NCBI GenBank assembly: GCA_002449535.1
Contig: DJWZ01000062.1
Location: 17,369 to 81,368, forward strand
Source: Prevotellaceae bacterium UBA7017
GTDB taxonomy: Bacteria > Bacteroidota > Bacteroidia > Bacteroidales > Bacteroidaceae
Direction: 5' to 3'
Length of the DNA: 64,000 nt
Part shown: positions 1 through 9,418 of the stretch, one piece after another
How positions within the stretch are numbered: position 1 is the stretch's first letter
Layout: each line of letters starts with the position of its first letter
Position numbers and translations under genes: made by a program
The notes under the pieces: model-generated
What the model was told of the DNA's origin: nothing
Databases searched by the model: none
The model's input: the letters and a program-made list of their open reading frames with translations, nothing else

Positions 1-1371
1 TTTCAATTTTCAATTTTCAATCCTCAATTAAAGAAGTTGCCGCAGGGCATTCGCGAATCGGTCGAAGCCGTAGGCCCGCAACTGGCGTTGCCTGTAGTGA
101 CGGCTGTCTGTCCTGCCATCGGAGCTCTGGCTACGGGCGTTGTGCTCGATGTGCATGGTCATAAGAAGGGGCTTAACCTCATTGCCTATATCGCGGGTGA
201 CTTTGCTTCCGGAAAAGGAAATATCGACCCTGTGGTGGATGCCTGGATGAGTGAGGTGAGAGCCGTTGACAAGATGTACCAGATGCAGGAGTGCGAATGG
301 CGTGCCAAGAAACGTGCTGCGAAAAACAAGAAGGAACAACCCGAAGAACCGAAACTGCCAGTGCGCTGCCTGACGCTGAACAATACTGTTGCCAATCTTG
401 CAGAGCGGCTGGCTAACACAGAGGGCAAGCACGCCTTTTCGTTTACGCCAGAGGCTGATACGGTGGCACAGAAATGGAGGTCGGCAATGAGTGACTTTTC
501 GGTGATGCTGCGCCAAAGCTACGACGGCACCAAGTATGAGCGCGAAGCCAAAAGTGCAGATGCCGTGAATGTGCATATCGAGAAACTGCTGTGGAACGTC
601 TGCATGTGTGGCACACCTGATGCGCTGTATCGCGTGGTGAACAACTATACCGATGGCTTCCAGAGCCGTATCGCAGTTGCCCGCACGCCTGACAACACGT
701 TTGCACCGCTGGAGGAAAAGCCTTATGTGCTGACCGACCGGCAGACGGAGCGCATACAGCAGATAGCCCACTTGCTGCCACTGATGCATGGTGAGGTGGT
801 GCTGCCGAAACTCGAAGCCAAGGGGCGTGAATGGGTGGAGCGCATCCGTATCGAGACGATGATGAATGACGACAAGGTACGTGCCCGCCAGCGTTTCCGC
901 GTTTGCGTGACAGCACAGAGGATGACATGCTGCCTGATGCTCTGCAAGGTGTGCGAGATGCTAATCCAGAAACATGGTCTCAGCGGTGCAGAAAGTCGCC
1001 TGAAACAATACCCAAACCTATGGAAAGAGATGCTCTTGAGGGCACAGACACCCACGATGCTGGAGGCATACGATGTTATAGCCGATTCGCTGATAGAGAA
1101 TGCCCTCTATTTCTTCCGCGACCGCATAGAGAACGCCTTCATGAGTCGCGACTATGCAGGAAAGAATGACCGCAGGCGAATAGGTAGGAACGATTCTATC
1201 TATGCACGCCTGGACATGCAGTTCACTTTCGAACAGGCTACACAGCGAAGCATTGCCGTCAAGGGCGCCGGAGTGACGCACAACAGCGTGCGCCAGATGC
1301 TGAAAAATTGGAAAAAGCAAGGGCTAATCACTCAAGATGAGGCAGGGCGGTATCGTAAAGTTAATAGTTAA
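1..1371 (+). CDS. DUF3987 (YfjI-like, primase/helicase-associated P-loop) protein, BT4734/VirE-type cassette; 5' end lies outside the window
   Basis: Frame is open from base 1 (FQFSIFNPQLKKLPQ...). Walker-A-like GDFASGKG and the EADTV, LRQSYDG, CGTP and DGFQSR motifs resemble Bacteroidales DUF3987 proteins. Confidence 0.75.
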   Translation, partial: FQFSIFNPQLKKLPQGIRESVEAVGPQLALPVVTAVCPAIGALATGVVLDVHGHKKGLNLIAYIAGDFASGKGNIDPVVDAWMSEVRAVDKMYQMQECEWRAKKRAAKNKKEQPEEPKLPVRCLTLNNTVANLAERLANTEGKHAFSFTPEADTVAQKWRSAMSDFSVMLRQSYDGTKYEREAKSADAVNVHIEKLLWNVCMCGTPDALYRVVNNYTDGFQSRIAVARTPDNTFAPLEEKPYVLTDRQTERIQQIAHLLPLMHGEVVLPKLEAKGREWVERIRIETMMNDDKVRARQRFRVCVTAQRMTCCLMLCKVCEMLIQKHGLSGAESRLKQYPNLWKEMLLRAQTPTMLEAYDVIADSLIENALYFFRDRIENAFMSRDYAGKNDRRRIGRNDSIYARLDMQFTFEQATQRSIAVKGAGVTHNSVRQMLKNWKKQGLITQDEAGRYRKVNS

Positions 1372-1390
1372 AGTGAAAGGTTATTGACTT

Positions 1391-1427
1391 GTGGTCATGA
1401 ATGTCATTGGTCATAAGTGTCATTAAG
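1391..1427. repeat. GTCAT iteron array (single arm) immediately downstream of the DUF3987 gene
   Basis: gtggtcatgaatgtcattggtcataagtgtcattaag holds four GTCAT units and matches the reverse complement of 35071-35107 at 32/37 positions. Confidence 0.8.
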
Positions 1428-1438
1428 ACTTGCAGAAT

Positions 1439-1837
1439 ATGATTATAGAAAACAATAGAGAAAGTTTTGTGCAGCTCTGGCTTCGGCTGGAGCGCACAAG
1501 GTGTCTCCTCGGAGGTCAGTGTAAACGTTTCTGCATACGCAATGTGCTGAAAGCGTGGTTTGGCATCGAGGCAACGGATGATTTCATCTGGAACGTATGT
1601 CGGCAGATAACGCTGCTGCTCGACGAAGATAACCCCGTCTGCGGAAATGATACCCTGCAGCCGCCGTATCTTTATCCGCGCAAGCATCGTGAACTGCTGC
1701 GCACCATCGTGTCGATAAAACTGGGCATCAGCATCCGCAGGGTGAACCTCAAAGCTCTCGACAAGGTGTATAGCGAAGCGTTCCCGAACAGCACACCATT
1801 GAATGTTTGTAAAAAGGCTCTCTCAACTTACCTCTAA
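1439..1837 (+). CDS. conserved hypothetical protein of the DUF3987 cassette
   Basis: ORF co-oriented between the DUF3987 and DUF5675 genes; ATG at 1439. Confidence 0.6.
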   Translation: MIIENNRESFVQLWLRLERTRCLLGGQCKRFCIRNVLKAWFGIEATDDFIWNVCRQITLLLDEDNPVCGNDTLQPPYLYPRKHRELLRTIVSIKLGISIRRVNLKALDKVYSEAFPNSTPLNVCKKALSTYL

Positions 1838-1882
1838 AGACTGAGTAAGAACAACCTGCGAAAATCGAATATATATATAATT

Positions 1883-2329
1883 ATGGAACTGATATTGAAA
1901 CGAATAGCAAAAAGAATGAATTATACAATAGGAAAGTTGTATATCAGAACAGAAGAGGTGGAGGAATTCAGAACCTACACGAGTGATAAATATCTCTGCG
2001 ACACCCTGGAGCCCACTTGGCGCGACTATGAGCACGGCGCCTGTAAGGTGAAGGGCAAGAGTGCCATTCCGGAAGGCAGGTATGCCGTAGTCATCTCCTA
2101 CTCGCCGAGGTTTAAAGAGTGGCTACCCATACTGCTTGGTGTCCCCATGTTCAGCGGCATCCGCATACATGCCGGCAATACTGCAAAGGACACGCAAGGG
2201 TGCATCCTCGTAGGCAGGAACCAAATTGTCGGCAAGGTGCTCGACAGCCGCAAGTGGCTCTACGAACTGAAGCAGAAAATAGCCAAGGCTAAGGACAAAG
2301 GCAAACCTGTATGGATTACCATCAAGTGA
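1883..2329 (+). CDS. DUF5675 family protein (putative cell-wall/L,D-transpeptidase-like enzyme)
   Basis: Motifs YTIGKLYI, CDTLEP, AIPEGRY and IRIHAGNT..DT.GCILVG. Confidence 0.8.
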   Translation: MELILKRIAKRMNYTIGKLYIRTEEVEEFRTYTSDKYLCDTLEPTWRDYEHGACKVKGKSAIPEGRYAVVISYSPRFKEWLPILLGVPMFSGIRIHAGNTAKDTQGCILVGRNQIVGKVLDSRKWLYELKQKIAKAKDKGKPVWITIK

Positions 2330-2340
2330 CGGAAAACAAT

Positions 2341-2367
2341 AAAGCCCAGAAAGAACTTCTGGGCTTT
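2341..2367. terminator. bidirectional rho-independent terminator
   Basis: Hairpin aaagcccagaa...ttctgggcttt between the convergent DUF5675 gene and tRNA-Pro. Confidence 0.8.
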
Positions 2368-2374
2368 TGTTGTG

Positions 2375-2447
2375 TCGGGGTGACCGGACTCGAACCGGCG
2401 ACTCCTACGTCCCGAACGTAGTGCGCTACCAACTGCGCTACACCCCG
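2375..2447 (-). tRNA. tRNA-Pro (anticodon CGG)
   Basis: Reverse complement reads CGGGGTGTAGCGCAGTTGGTAGCGCACTACGTTCGGGACGTAGGAGTCGCCGGTTCGAGTCCGGTCACCCCGA; it folds as a cloverleaf with GGTTCGA in the T arm. Confidence 0.95.
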
Positions 2448-2448
2448 C

Positions 2449-3201
2449 TTACTCAAACTTTTTCTTTTGCAGGCGGAAGTTTGTACCGAGGTATTTCTCG
2501 CGTACGATATAGTTGTCTGCCAATTCCTCTGGTGTGCCGTGAAAGAGTATCTTGCCTTCGAAGAGCAGGTATGCCCTGTCGGTGATATTCAGTGTTTCGT
2601 GCACGTTGTGGTCGGTTATGAGGATGCCGATGTTGCGATGTTTCAGCTGCCATACTACCCGCTGTATCTCTTCTACGGCGATAGGGTCAACGCCGGCAAA
2701 GGGTTCGTCGAGCATGATGAACTTTGGCTCTATGGCAAGACAGCGTGCTATCTCTGTACGGCGGCGTTCTCCGCCTGAGAGACGGTCGCCAAGGTTGTGG
2801 CGCACCTTCTGGAGCGAGAACTCGCTGATGAGGTTTTCGAGCTTCTCAAGCTGCTTTTTGCGTGACAGCCCTGTCATCTCAAGGACGCTCAGGATATTGT
2901 CCTCGACAGACATCTTGCGGAATACGCTTGCCTCCTGTGGAAGATAGCCTACACCATTGCGGGCGTGCTCATAAACCGCCATGGAGGTAATCTCCTTGTC
3001 ATCGATGAAGACACGTCCGGCATTGGGGACTACCAAACCGGTGGTCATATAGAAGGAGGTTGTCTTGCCAGCGCCGTTAGGACCCAGAAGTCCTACAATC
3101 TCACCTTGCTTTACGTTGAAGGAGACATTGTTGACGACAGTTCGCTTGCCGTAGATTTTTATGAGTCCTTCAGACCTAAGCGTTGACTGCTGCTCTGGCA
3201 T
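2449..3201 (-). CDS. lptB: LPS export ABC transporter ATP-binding protein
   Basis: [45 protein letters not shown]. Confidence 0.95.
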   Translation of the reverse strand: MPEQQSTLRSEGLIKIYGKRTVVNNVSFNVKQGEIVGLLGPNGAGKTTSFYMTTGLVVPNAGRVFIDDKEITSMAVYEHARNGVGYLPQEASVFRKMSVEDNILSVLEMTGLSRKKQLEKLENLISEFSLQKVRHNLGDRLSGGERRRTEIARCLAIEPKFIMLDEPFAGVDPIAVEEIQRVVWQLKHRNIGILITDHNVHETLNITDRAYLLFEGKILFHGTPEELADNYIVREKYLGTNFRLQKKKFE

Positions 3202-4111
3202 CGTTATATTCCTTTATTAAACGCTCCATGATGGTGCTGACAGGCTCGATGCTCTTGATGGCAGATGTTATCTGGCCTATCTCCATCTCGCCGTTCTCGA
3301 TGTCGCCATCGAAGATGCCCCTGCGTGTGGCTTTCTCGCCAAGTATCTCGAGCAGCTCAGGTACTTCGGCTCCTCGGTTTTCTGCTTCTTCAAGACGCTT
3401 GTATAGTCCGTTCTTCACGAGGCGTGAAGGGGAGAGCTTCTTGAGACACAGCATGGTGTCACCCTCTTCAAGATTGGTGCATGCCTGCTTGAAGGCATCG
3501 CTGGCGCTGCTCTCCTCGGAGAGGGCGAAGAGGGTACCTATCTGCACACCTTCCGCTCCCAATACCTGGGCTGCGAGACATGCCTGTCCGGAGGCTATGC
3601 CGCCAGCGGCAATGAGGGGAAGGGTAGTAGCCTTGCGTACCTGCGGGATAAGGCACATTGTCGTGGTTTCTTCCTTGCCGTTATGTCCGCCAGCCTCAAA
3701 TCCTTCGGCAACGACAACATCGACGCCGGCTTCTTCGCACTTGCGTGCAAACTTTGAGGAACTGACAACATGTGCCACTGTCATACCGGCATCATGGAAA
3801 CGCTGGGTATATTTCTTCGGACTGCCGGCAGAGGTGAAGATTATCTTACAGCCCTCGCTGATAATCATGTCAATGAGGGAGTCAATCTGCGGATACATCA
3901 GTGGCAGGTTGATGCCCCAGGGCTTTGACGTGGCAGCCTTGAGCTTCTGAATGTGCTCGCGCAGCAAATCGACTGTCATGGTGCCTGCGCCAATGAGACC
4001 CAGCCCACCGGCATTACTCACTGCGGCAGCCAGACGCCAGCCGCTACACCATGCCATGCCACCGGCAATGACAGGATACTGTATGCCAAATATTTCGGAT
4101 ATTCTGTTCAT
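3176..4111 (-). CDS. fabK: enoyl-ACP reductase II / nitronate monooxygenase family
   Basis: [29 protein letters not shown]; likely start MNRISE at 4111. Confidence 0.85.
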   Translation of the reverse strand: MNRISEIFGIQYPVIAGGMAWCSGWRLAAAVSNAGGLGLIGAGTMTVDLLREHIQKLKAATSKPWGINLPLMYPQIDSLIDMIISEGCKIIFTSAGSPKKYTQRFHDAGMTVAHVVSSSKFARKCEEAGVDVVVAEGFEAGGHNGKEETTTMCLIPQVRKATTLPLIAAGGIASGQACLAAQVLGAEGVQIGTLFALSEESSASDAFKQACTNLEEGDTMLCLKKLSPSRLVKNGLYKRLEEAENRGAEVPELLEILGEKATRRGIFDGDIENGEMEIGQITSAIKSIEPVSTIMERLIKEYNDARAAVNA

Positions 4112-4282
4112 TTGTGGATGCAAAGGTACAAAAAAAATAGTGCATAACATATTTAATGTCAAGAAATAATGATATTATTGTATTTTTTTAAATTAAAAAT
4201 GATGTTGATTTGTTAATAAATATGTAAATTTGCGCCCGTATTCTTAAACAACCCTGTGAAGGGGTAAATAAAAATCAAATTT

Positions 4283-5959
4283 ATGAATATGAAAAAAACA
4301 TGTAAAATGGTAGCCATTGCACTTTTAGCGATTGCTAATTCGAGTTCTGTAATGGCTGGTGGTCTTAACACAAACACTAATCAGAATGTTGCCTTCTTGC
4401 GTAACCCAGCCCGTGATGCTGCAATAGGTATTGATGGCGTTTACAGCAATCCTGCCGGTGTGGCTTTCATGCCAGAGGGATGGCATGTTTCTGTGAACCT
4501 ACAGAATGCTAACCAGACACGTACCAGCACTTCTACATTCCCGGGCTTGGCAGCTAATATAGGCAACCTGGGCAATCCTACCAAGGAGTATAAGGGAACT
4601 GCTACTGCGATAATCCCTTCCGTACAGGTGGCTCTCAACAGGGGTAAGTGGGCTTTTCAGTTTAACTTTGCCATCATGGGTGGCGGCGGTAAGTGTGAAT
4701 ACAAAGGCGGGCTCGGCTCTATTGAGAGTCTTGTTTCTGTAGTGCCACAGGTATTCAATGCTTTCGGAAAGACTCTTAACGGCATGGCTGCCCAGGCTGG
4801 TCTGAATCCAAACTTCCCAACCAACTGTCTATATACTGCAAACAGCTATATGTCAGGTCAGTCATACTACTATGGATATACCCTGGGTGCGGCATACAGG
4901 ATTAACGACCACTGGTCGGTATATGGCGGTGCACGCCTGCTGTATGGTACGACAAAGTACTATGGCTATGTAAACAATATAAAGCTTATGACTCCGGAAG
5001 GTCAGAACCTTGGCGACTGGGTTCGTGCCAACACAAGCAATCCTGACGTACAGAGGACTATAGCAGGTCTCTTCAATGACCCGGTAGAGGCAATACAGGA
5101 CCAGAAGACAACTGCCCTGCTGAACACTTCTACGGCTCTTATTGACGGACTACTGGACGAAGGTATCTCCCTGAACTGTAACCAGGACGGCTATGGCATC
5201 GCTCCTATCATTGGCGTTGACTACAAGACGGGTAACTTCAACTTTGCTGCAAAGTTTGAGTTTAAGACACGTATGCGTCTTGAAAATAAGTCAAACAACA
5301 GTTCTTTGGTAAAGTATATCCCAAGCCTGAAGCGATTCGCTGATGGTACGAAGGAGGCTGAGGATGTACCTTCATTGCTTACCGTCGGTGCTCAATGGAG
5401 TGTTATTCCGCAGGTTCGCGTAAGTGCTGGCTGGCACCATTATTTCGATAAGGATTCGCGCCTGCATCAGGACGTGAACAGAAAACTTTCCGGAGATACC
5501 AATGAGTATCTGCTCGGTGCAGAATGGGACCTCTCAAAGGTCGTTACGGTATCTGCCGGCGGTCAGCGTACAGTATATGGCTTGTCTGATGAGTTTATGG
5601 ATGATATCTCATTTAGCGTCAACTCTACCTCTATCGGTTTCGGTTGCAGCGTAAAGGTCAGCGATGTGGTAAAACTGAACGTCGCTTATTTCTGGACAAA
5701 CTATCAGACATACGATCGTTCGCAGGCAGACTATAGCAACGTGAAGGGGCAGCTCGGTTCTATACTTGGTAATGTCAACGGCATGATGGGCTCTGACGTC
5801 GCAAAGGGACTCGTTTCTCTGGCAGAGATAGACGGCAGCAAGATTAGTCAGGCAGTAGGTTCCCTGTCACAGCAGTTGGGACAGGTGCAAACCGCAGGCT
5901 CAGACAAATTTACACGTACCAACCATGTGATTGGTATCGGTGCTGACTTCACGTTCTAA
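4283..5959 (+). CDS. outer membrane transport protein, FadL/OmpP1/TodX family
   Basis: Signal peptide, hatch motif GGLNTNTNQ...YSNPAG, C-terminal beta-strand ending in F. Confidence 0.8.
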   Translation: MNMKKTCKMVAIALLAIANSSSVMAGGLNTNTNQNVAFLRNPARDAAIGIDGVYSNPAGVAFMPEGWHVSVNLQNANQTRTSTSTFPGLAANIGNLGNPTKEYKGTATAIIPSVQVALNRGKWAFQFNFAIMGGGGKCEYKGGLGSIESLVSVVPQVFNAFGKTLNGMAAQAGLNPNFPTNCLYTANSYMSGQSYYYGYTLGAAYRINDHWSVYGGARLLYGTTKYYGYVNNIKLMTPEGQNLGDWVRANTSNPDVQRTIAGLFNDPVEAIQDQKTTALLNTSTALIDGLLDEGISLNCNQDGYGIAPIIGVDYKTGNFNFAAKFEFKTRMRLENKSNNSSLVKYIPSLKRFADGTKEAEDVPSLLTVGAQWSVIPQVRVSAGWHHYFDKDSRLHQDVNRKLSGDTNEYLLGAEWDLSKVVTVSAGGQRTVYGLSDEFMDDISFSVNSTSIGFGCSVKVSDVVKLNVAYFWTNYQTYDRSQADYSNVKGQLGSILGNVNGMMGSDVAKGLVSLAEIDGSKISQAVGSLSQQLGQVQTAGSDKFTRTNHVIGIGADFTF

Positions 5960-5983
5960 AGACGAAGCCAAACATGAAATAGT

Positions 5984-6018
5984 AAACGGCATCCTGATTG
6001 GGTGCCGTTATTTTTTTA
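5984..6018. terminator. terminator between the convergent FadL-like gene and dsbD
   Basis: aacggcatcc-tgatt-gggtgccgtt followed by a T run. Confidence 0.7.
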
Positions 6019-8067
6019 TCTGCTATGAAAAGCTGCAAGTCCTGAACGCAGGAACTGTATGTATGCCGGAATGTCTTCGTCGTAGGAACGGGGCTCTTGG
6101 AGAAGGGCATGTCTGTAACTGCCTTCGCCTTCGGTAAACGACTCCCGCGAATCGAGCAGCACATAGAAGGGCTGGGTGTTATGCCCGAAGCGTGAACGCT
6201 GGAAGTAGCTCCACTTGTCGCCAATGGTGCGAAGAGTGCGCTGCTGTCCGTTCTCGGTTACCTTGACAGGTTGCGGCAGGGCTGTCTTGTCGTCAACATA
6301 CAACTGTATGAGGATATAGTCGTTATTGATGATGTCTTGCACCTCGGGGTCTGTCCATACTGCTGCCTCCATCTTACGGCAGTTGACACAGCCGTAGCCG
6401 GTAAAGTCTATCATGACAGGCTTCTTGGCAGCCTGGGCAGCCTTGATGCCCTCGTAGAAATCACGATAGGCGGTGTGGGTGGTCCTCATAGGGGGCGTGA
6501 AAGCTGATATAGCCTTGCAGGGAGCACCCCATAAGCCTGGTACCATATATCCTACGAAAGCGAAGGACAATAATGAAGAGGTAAGAGGTAAGAGGTAAGA
6601 GGTGAGAAGTGAGGAGGTAAGAGGTGCAGATTTGGATTTAAATGCTATGCGGAGGTAGTAGCAGCCAAGTAGGAAGAAAATGATAATCCAGAGTGTCAGG
6701 AATACTTCACGATTGAGAATATTCCAGCCGTAGGCAAGGTCGGCAACAGAAAGGAATTTCAGCGAGAAGGCTATCTCGACAGCTCCCAGTGTCACCTTTA
6801 CGGCTGTCATCCAGTTGCCGGATTTCGGCGCTGCCTTCAGCCATGCCGGAAAGAGGGCAAAGAGCATGAATGGCAAAGCCAGGGCAACGGCAAACCCCAA
6901 CATTCCGATAGCGGCACCCATGACATTGCCGGAGGTTCCCAACTCGACAAGGAGGAAACCGATGATAGGGGCTGTGCACGAGAAACTTACCAGCACCAAG
7001 GTGAATGCCATAAGGAAAATGGAGAGTGAAGAGTGAAAAGTGAAGAGTGAAGAATCGGACTTTGCAGCAATTTCCTCACTTTTTCTGTTGACATAGTTCG
7101 TCCAACTTGCTGGAAGCACTATTTCGAAGGCTCCCAACAGCGAGATACCGAACACCAACAGCAACAGGAAAAAGAAAATGTTGAAGAAGGCATTGGTAGA
7201 AAGGGCATTGAGCGCAGAAGCACCAAACAACGACGTTACCAATAGACCTAACAACATGTATATTACGATGATGGAGATGCCATAGGTGACAGCATCGCGG
7301 ATGCCCTTGATATTACGTCCTGTGCCACTCTTGCCCTGTTCGCGGTTGCCACGTTTCAGAAAGAAACTTACAGTCATAGGTATGATAGGCCACACGCAAG
7401 GGGTGAGAACGGCTATGAAACCACCCATCAAACCTAACAGGAAAATTGTCCAAAGAGATGGGATTGCAGAGTCGGAAGGAACGGAGGGAAGGGTAGGGCT
7501 GATAATACTTGTGTCACTAATTTGACTATCTTTACTAATTATATTAGTTTGAATAGTATCACCGGTAACACTGGTTTGAGCAGTTGCTGTCTCTTCCTCC
7601 TTTTCGTCTTCTGCTTTTGCAGGGGCAGACTTCTCACCCTGATAGGAAAAATCCACACTGGTCGGGGGAAGGCAGTTCTGCTCGTTGCAAGCTCCATATT
7701 CCAGATATCCCTCAACGGAATATTCCCCTCCTGTCAGCTTCAGTTTCTGGGAGAAGAGAACACTTTTTTCAAAGTACATTACCTCTGCTCCAAAAACCTC
7801 CTCATATTGCTTTGTGGGTTTCTTGTCGGCAATGAGGTTTCCCACAAGTTTTGCACCCTTGATATTGCTGATGGTAAGGGTCGTGGGAGTCGGACCGTTC
7901 TTCTCGTCTTGAGAATAGACATGCCATCCGTCAGACATCTTGCCGCTGAAGAAGATAGTTATCTCGTCATCGGCTGTCTGCTTTACATAATGCGAGAAAC
8001 TGACCTGCGCTATTATCTGCAGGCAGGAAAGGAAAGAGAAAAGGGTTATCAGGAGCAGTCGGTGCAT
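6016..8067 (-). CDS. dsbD: thiol:disulfide interchange protein (DsbD N-domain, CcdA membrane domain, thioredoxin)
   Basis: GWHVYS, TPCVWPIIP, SFSCTAP, DFTGYGCVNCRKME. Confidence 0.9.
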   Translation of the reverse strand: MHRLLLITLFSFLSCLQIIAQVSFSHYVKQTADDEITIFFSGKMSDGWHVYSQDEKNGPTPTTLTISNIKGAKLVGNLIADKKPTKQYEEVFGAEVMYFEKSVLFSQKLKLTGGEYSVEGYLEYGACNEQNCLPPTSVDFSYQGEKSAPAKAEDEKEEETATAQTSVTGDTIQTNIISKDSQISDTSIISPTLPSVPSDSAIPSLWTIFLLGLMGGFIAVLTPCVWPIIPMTVSFFLKRGNREQGKSGTGRNIKGIRDAVTYGISIIVIYMLLGLLVTSLFGASALNALSTNAFFNIFFFLLLLVFGISLLGAFEIVLPASWTNYVNRKSEEIAAKSDSSLFTFHSSLSIFLMAFTLVLVSFSCTAPIIGFLLVELGTSGNVMGAAIGMLGFAVALALPFMLFALFPAWLKAAPKSGNWMTAVKVTLGAVEIAFSLKFLSVADLAYGWNILNREVFLTLWIIIFFLLGCYYLRIAFKSKSAPLTSSLLTSYLLPLTSSLLSFAFVGYMVPGLWGAPCKAISAFTPPMRTTHTAYRDFYEGIKAAQAAKKPVMIDFTGYGCVNCRKMEAAVWTDPEVQDIINNDYILIQLYVDDKTALPQPVKVTENGQQRTLRTIGDKWSYFQRSRFGHNTQPFYVLLDSRESFTEGEGSYRHALLQEPRSYDEDIPAYIQFLRSGLAAFHSR

Positions 8068-8070
8068 ATA

Positions 8071-9363
8071 CTACAGAAGTTCCGGCAATTCGAAGAGACG
8101 GATGCCGTTAGAGCCTTTGATAAGGATATGGTATCCGGAAGGAATGCCCTCATCCTGAAGGGCTTGCTTGACAGCGGCAACATCGGGGAATTTACGGAAG
8201 TGGCATTGGGTATTGCCAAACTCCTTGCCCACGAGCCATATAAGCAGTTCGCCATCTTTCGCAGCAGCCTCTTCGCGAAGCAAGAAATCAACAACCTTCT
8301 GATGCTCTGCTGCGCTGACCTCGCCTAATTCACGCATGTCACCGAGGATAGCCATCTTGGGGCTTACCTGCATGATAGAGAAATTCTGTAATGCCGCCAT
8401 CATGGAAGTAGGATTGGCATTATAGGTGTCAACGATGAGCTTGTTGTGGCTGGTGATGGTAAGCTGGGAACGGTTGTTGCTTGGTATGTAGCCAGAGAGG
8501 GCATCATTGATGTCGTTCTCGGAAACGCCAAAGTGCATGCCGACGGTAGCCGCTGCCATCATGTTCTTGATATTGTAGGCTCCGATGAGGTGGGTCATAA
8601 TCTCGCCACCCTGCCATTTGAAATGCAGGTAGGGAGCACAATCGATGACCTCTCCCTTGACATAGGGAATAAGGTCTAAGCCTGAAGAGATATTCATAAG
8701 ATATTCGTTCTCGCTGTCAATGAATACCTTGCCATTATTGGCGCGTAGGTAGTCATAGAGTTCTCCCTTTGTCTTTATAACACCCTCGAAAGAGCCGAAG
8801 CCTTCGAGATGTGCCTTGCCGACGTTTGTTATCAAACCGCAGTTGGGCTCTACGATGTTCACCAGTGTCTTTATCTCACCAGGATGGTTGGCACCCATTT
8901 CGATGACAGCAAGGTCATGCTCCTTGGTAAGTTGCAGAAGAGTCTTTGGCACTCCGATATGATTGTTGAAGTTGCCTTGGGTATAAAGCACATTATACTT
9001 CTTGCCCAATACTGTAGCCACCAATTCCTTCGTCGTAGTCTTGCCGTTGGTACCGGTAATGCCGATGATAGGAGTCTTCAGCGCCTTGCGGTGTTCGTTG
9101 GCAAGCTGCTGCAAGGCTGTGAGAACATCTGGTACAACGATATATCTGTCATCAACAGCATATTGCGGTTCGTCGATGACAGCATAGGAACACCCTTTCT
9201 CGAGAGCAGAGGCTGCATAGGCATTGCCATTGAATGTCTCACCCTTGAGGGCAAAGAAGATGCTTCCGGCAGGGCAGTCACGACTGTCGGTAGTGATACG
9301 CCCCCCCTCTGCCTCCCCCAAGGAGGAGTGTAAGAATAAGTCATATAGAGATTCTTGATTCAT
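8071..9363 (-). CDS. murF: UDP-MurNAc-tripeptide--D-Ala-D-Ala ligase
   Basis: TTDSR, GITGTNGKTTTKE, NNHIGVP, EMGANHPGEI, YNANPTSM. Confidence 0.95.
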   Translation of the reverse strand: MNQESLYDLFLHSSLGEAEGGRITTDSRDCPAGSIFFALKGETFNGNAYAASALEKGCSYAVIDEPQYAVDDRYIVVPDVLTALQQLANEHRKALKTPIIGITGTNGKTTTKELVATVLGKKYNVLYTQGNFNNHIGVPKTLLQLTKEHDLAVIEMGANHPGEIKTLVNIVEPNCGLITNVGKAHLEGFGSFEGVIKTKGELYDYLRANNGKVFIDSENEYLMNISSGLDLIPYVKGEVIDCAPYLHFKWQGGEIMTHLIGAYNIKNMMAAATVGMHFGVSENDINDALSGYIPSNNRSQLTITSHNKLIVDTYNANPTSMMAALQNFSIMQVSPKMAILGDMRELGEVSAAEHQKVVDFLLREEAAAKDGELLIWLVGKEFGNTQCHFRKFPDVAAVKQALQDEGIPSGYHILIKGSNGIRLFELPELL

Positions 9364-9418
9364 AAGTAATATGTAGTTGTGATAGTTTAGTCTCCCCTTT
9401 GGGGAGATTTAGAGGGGG

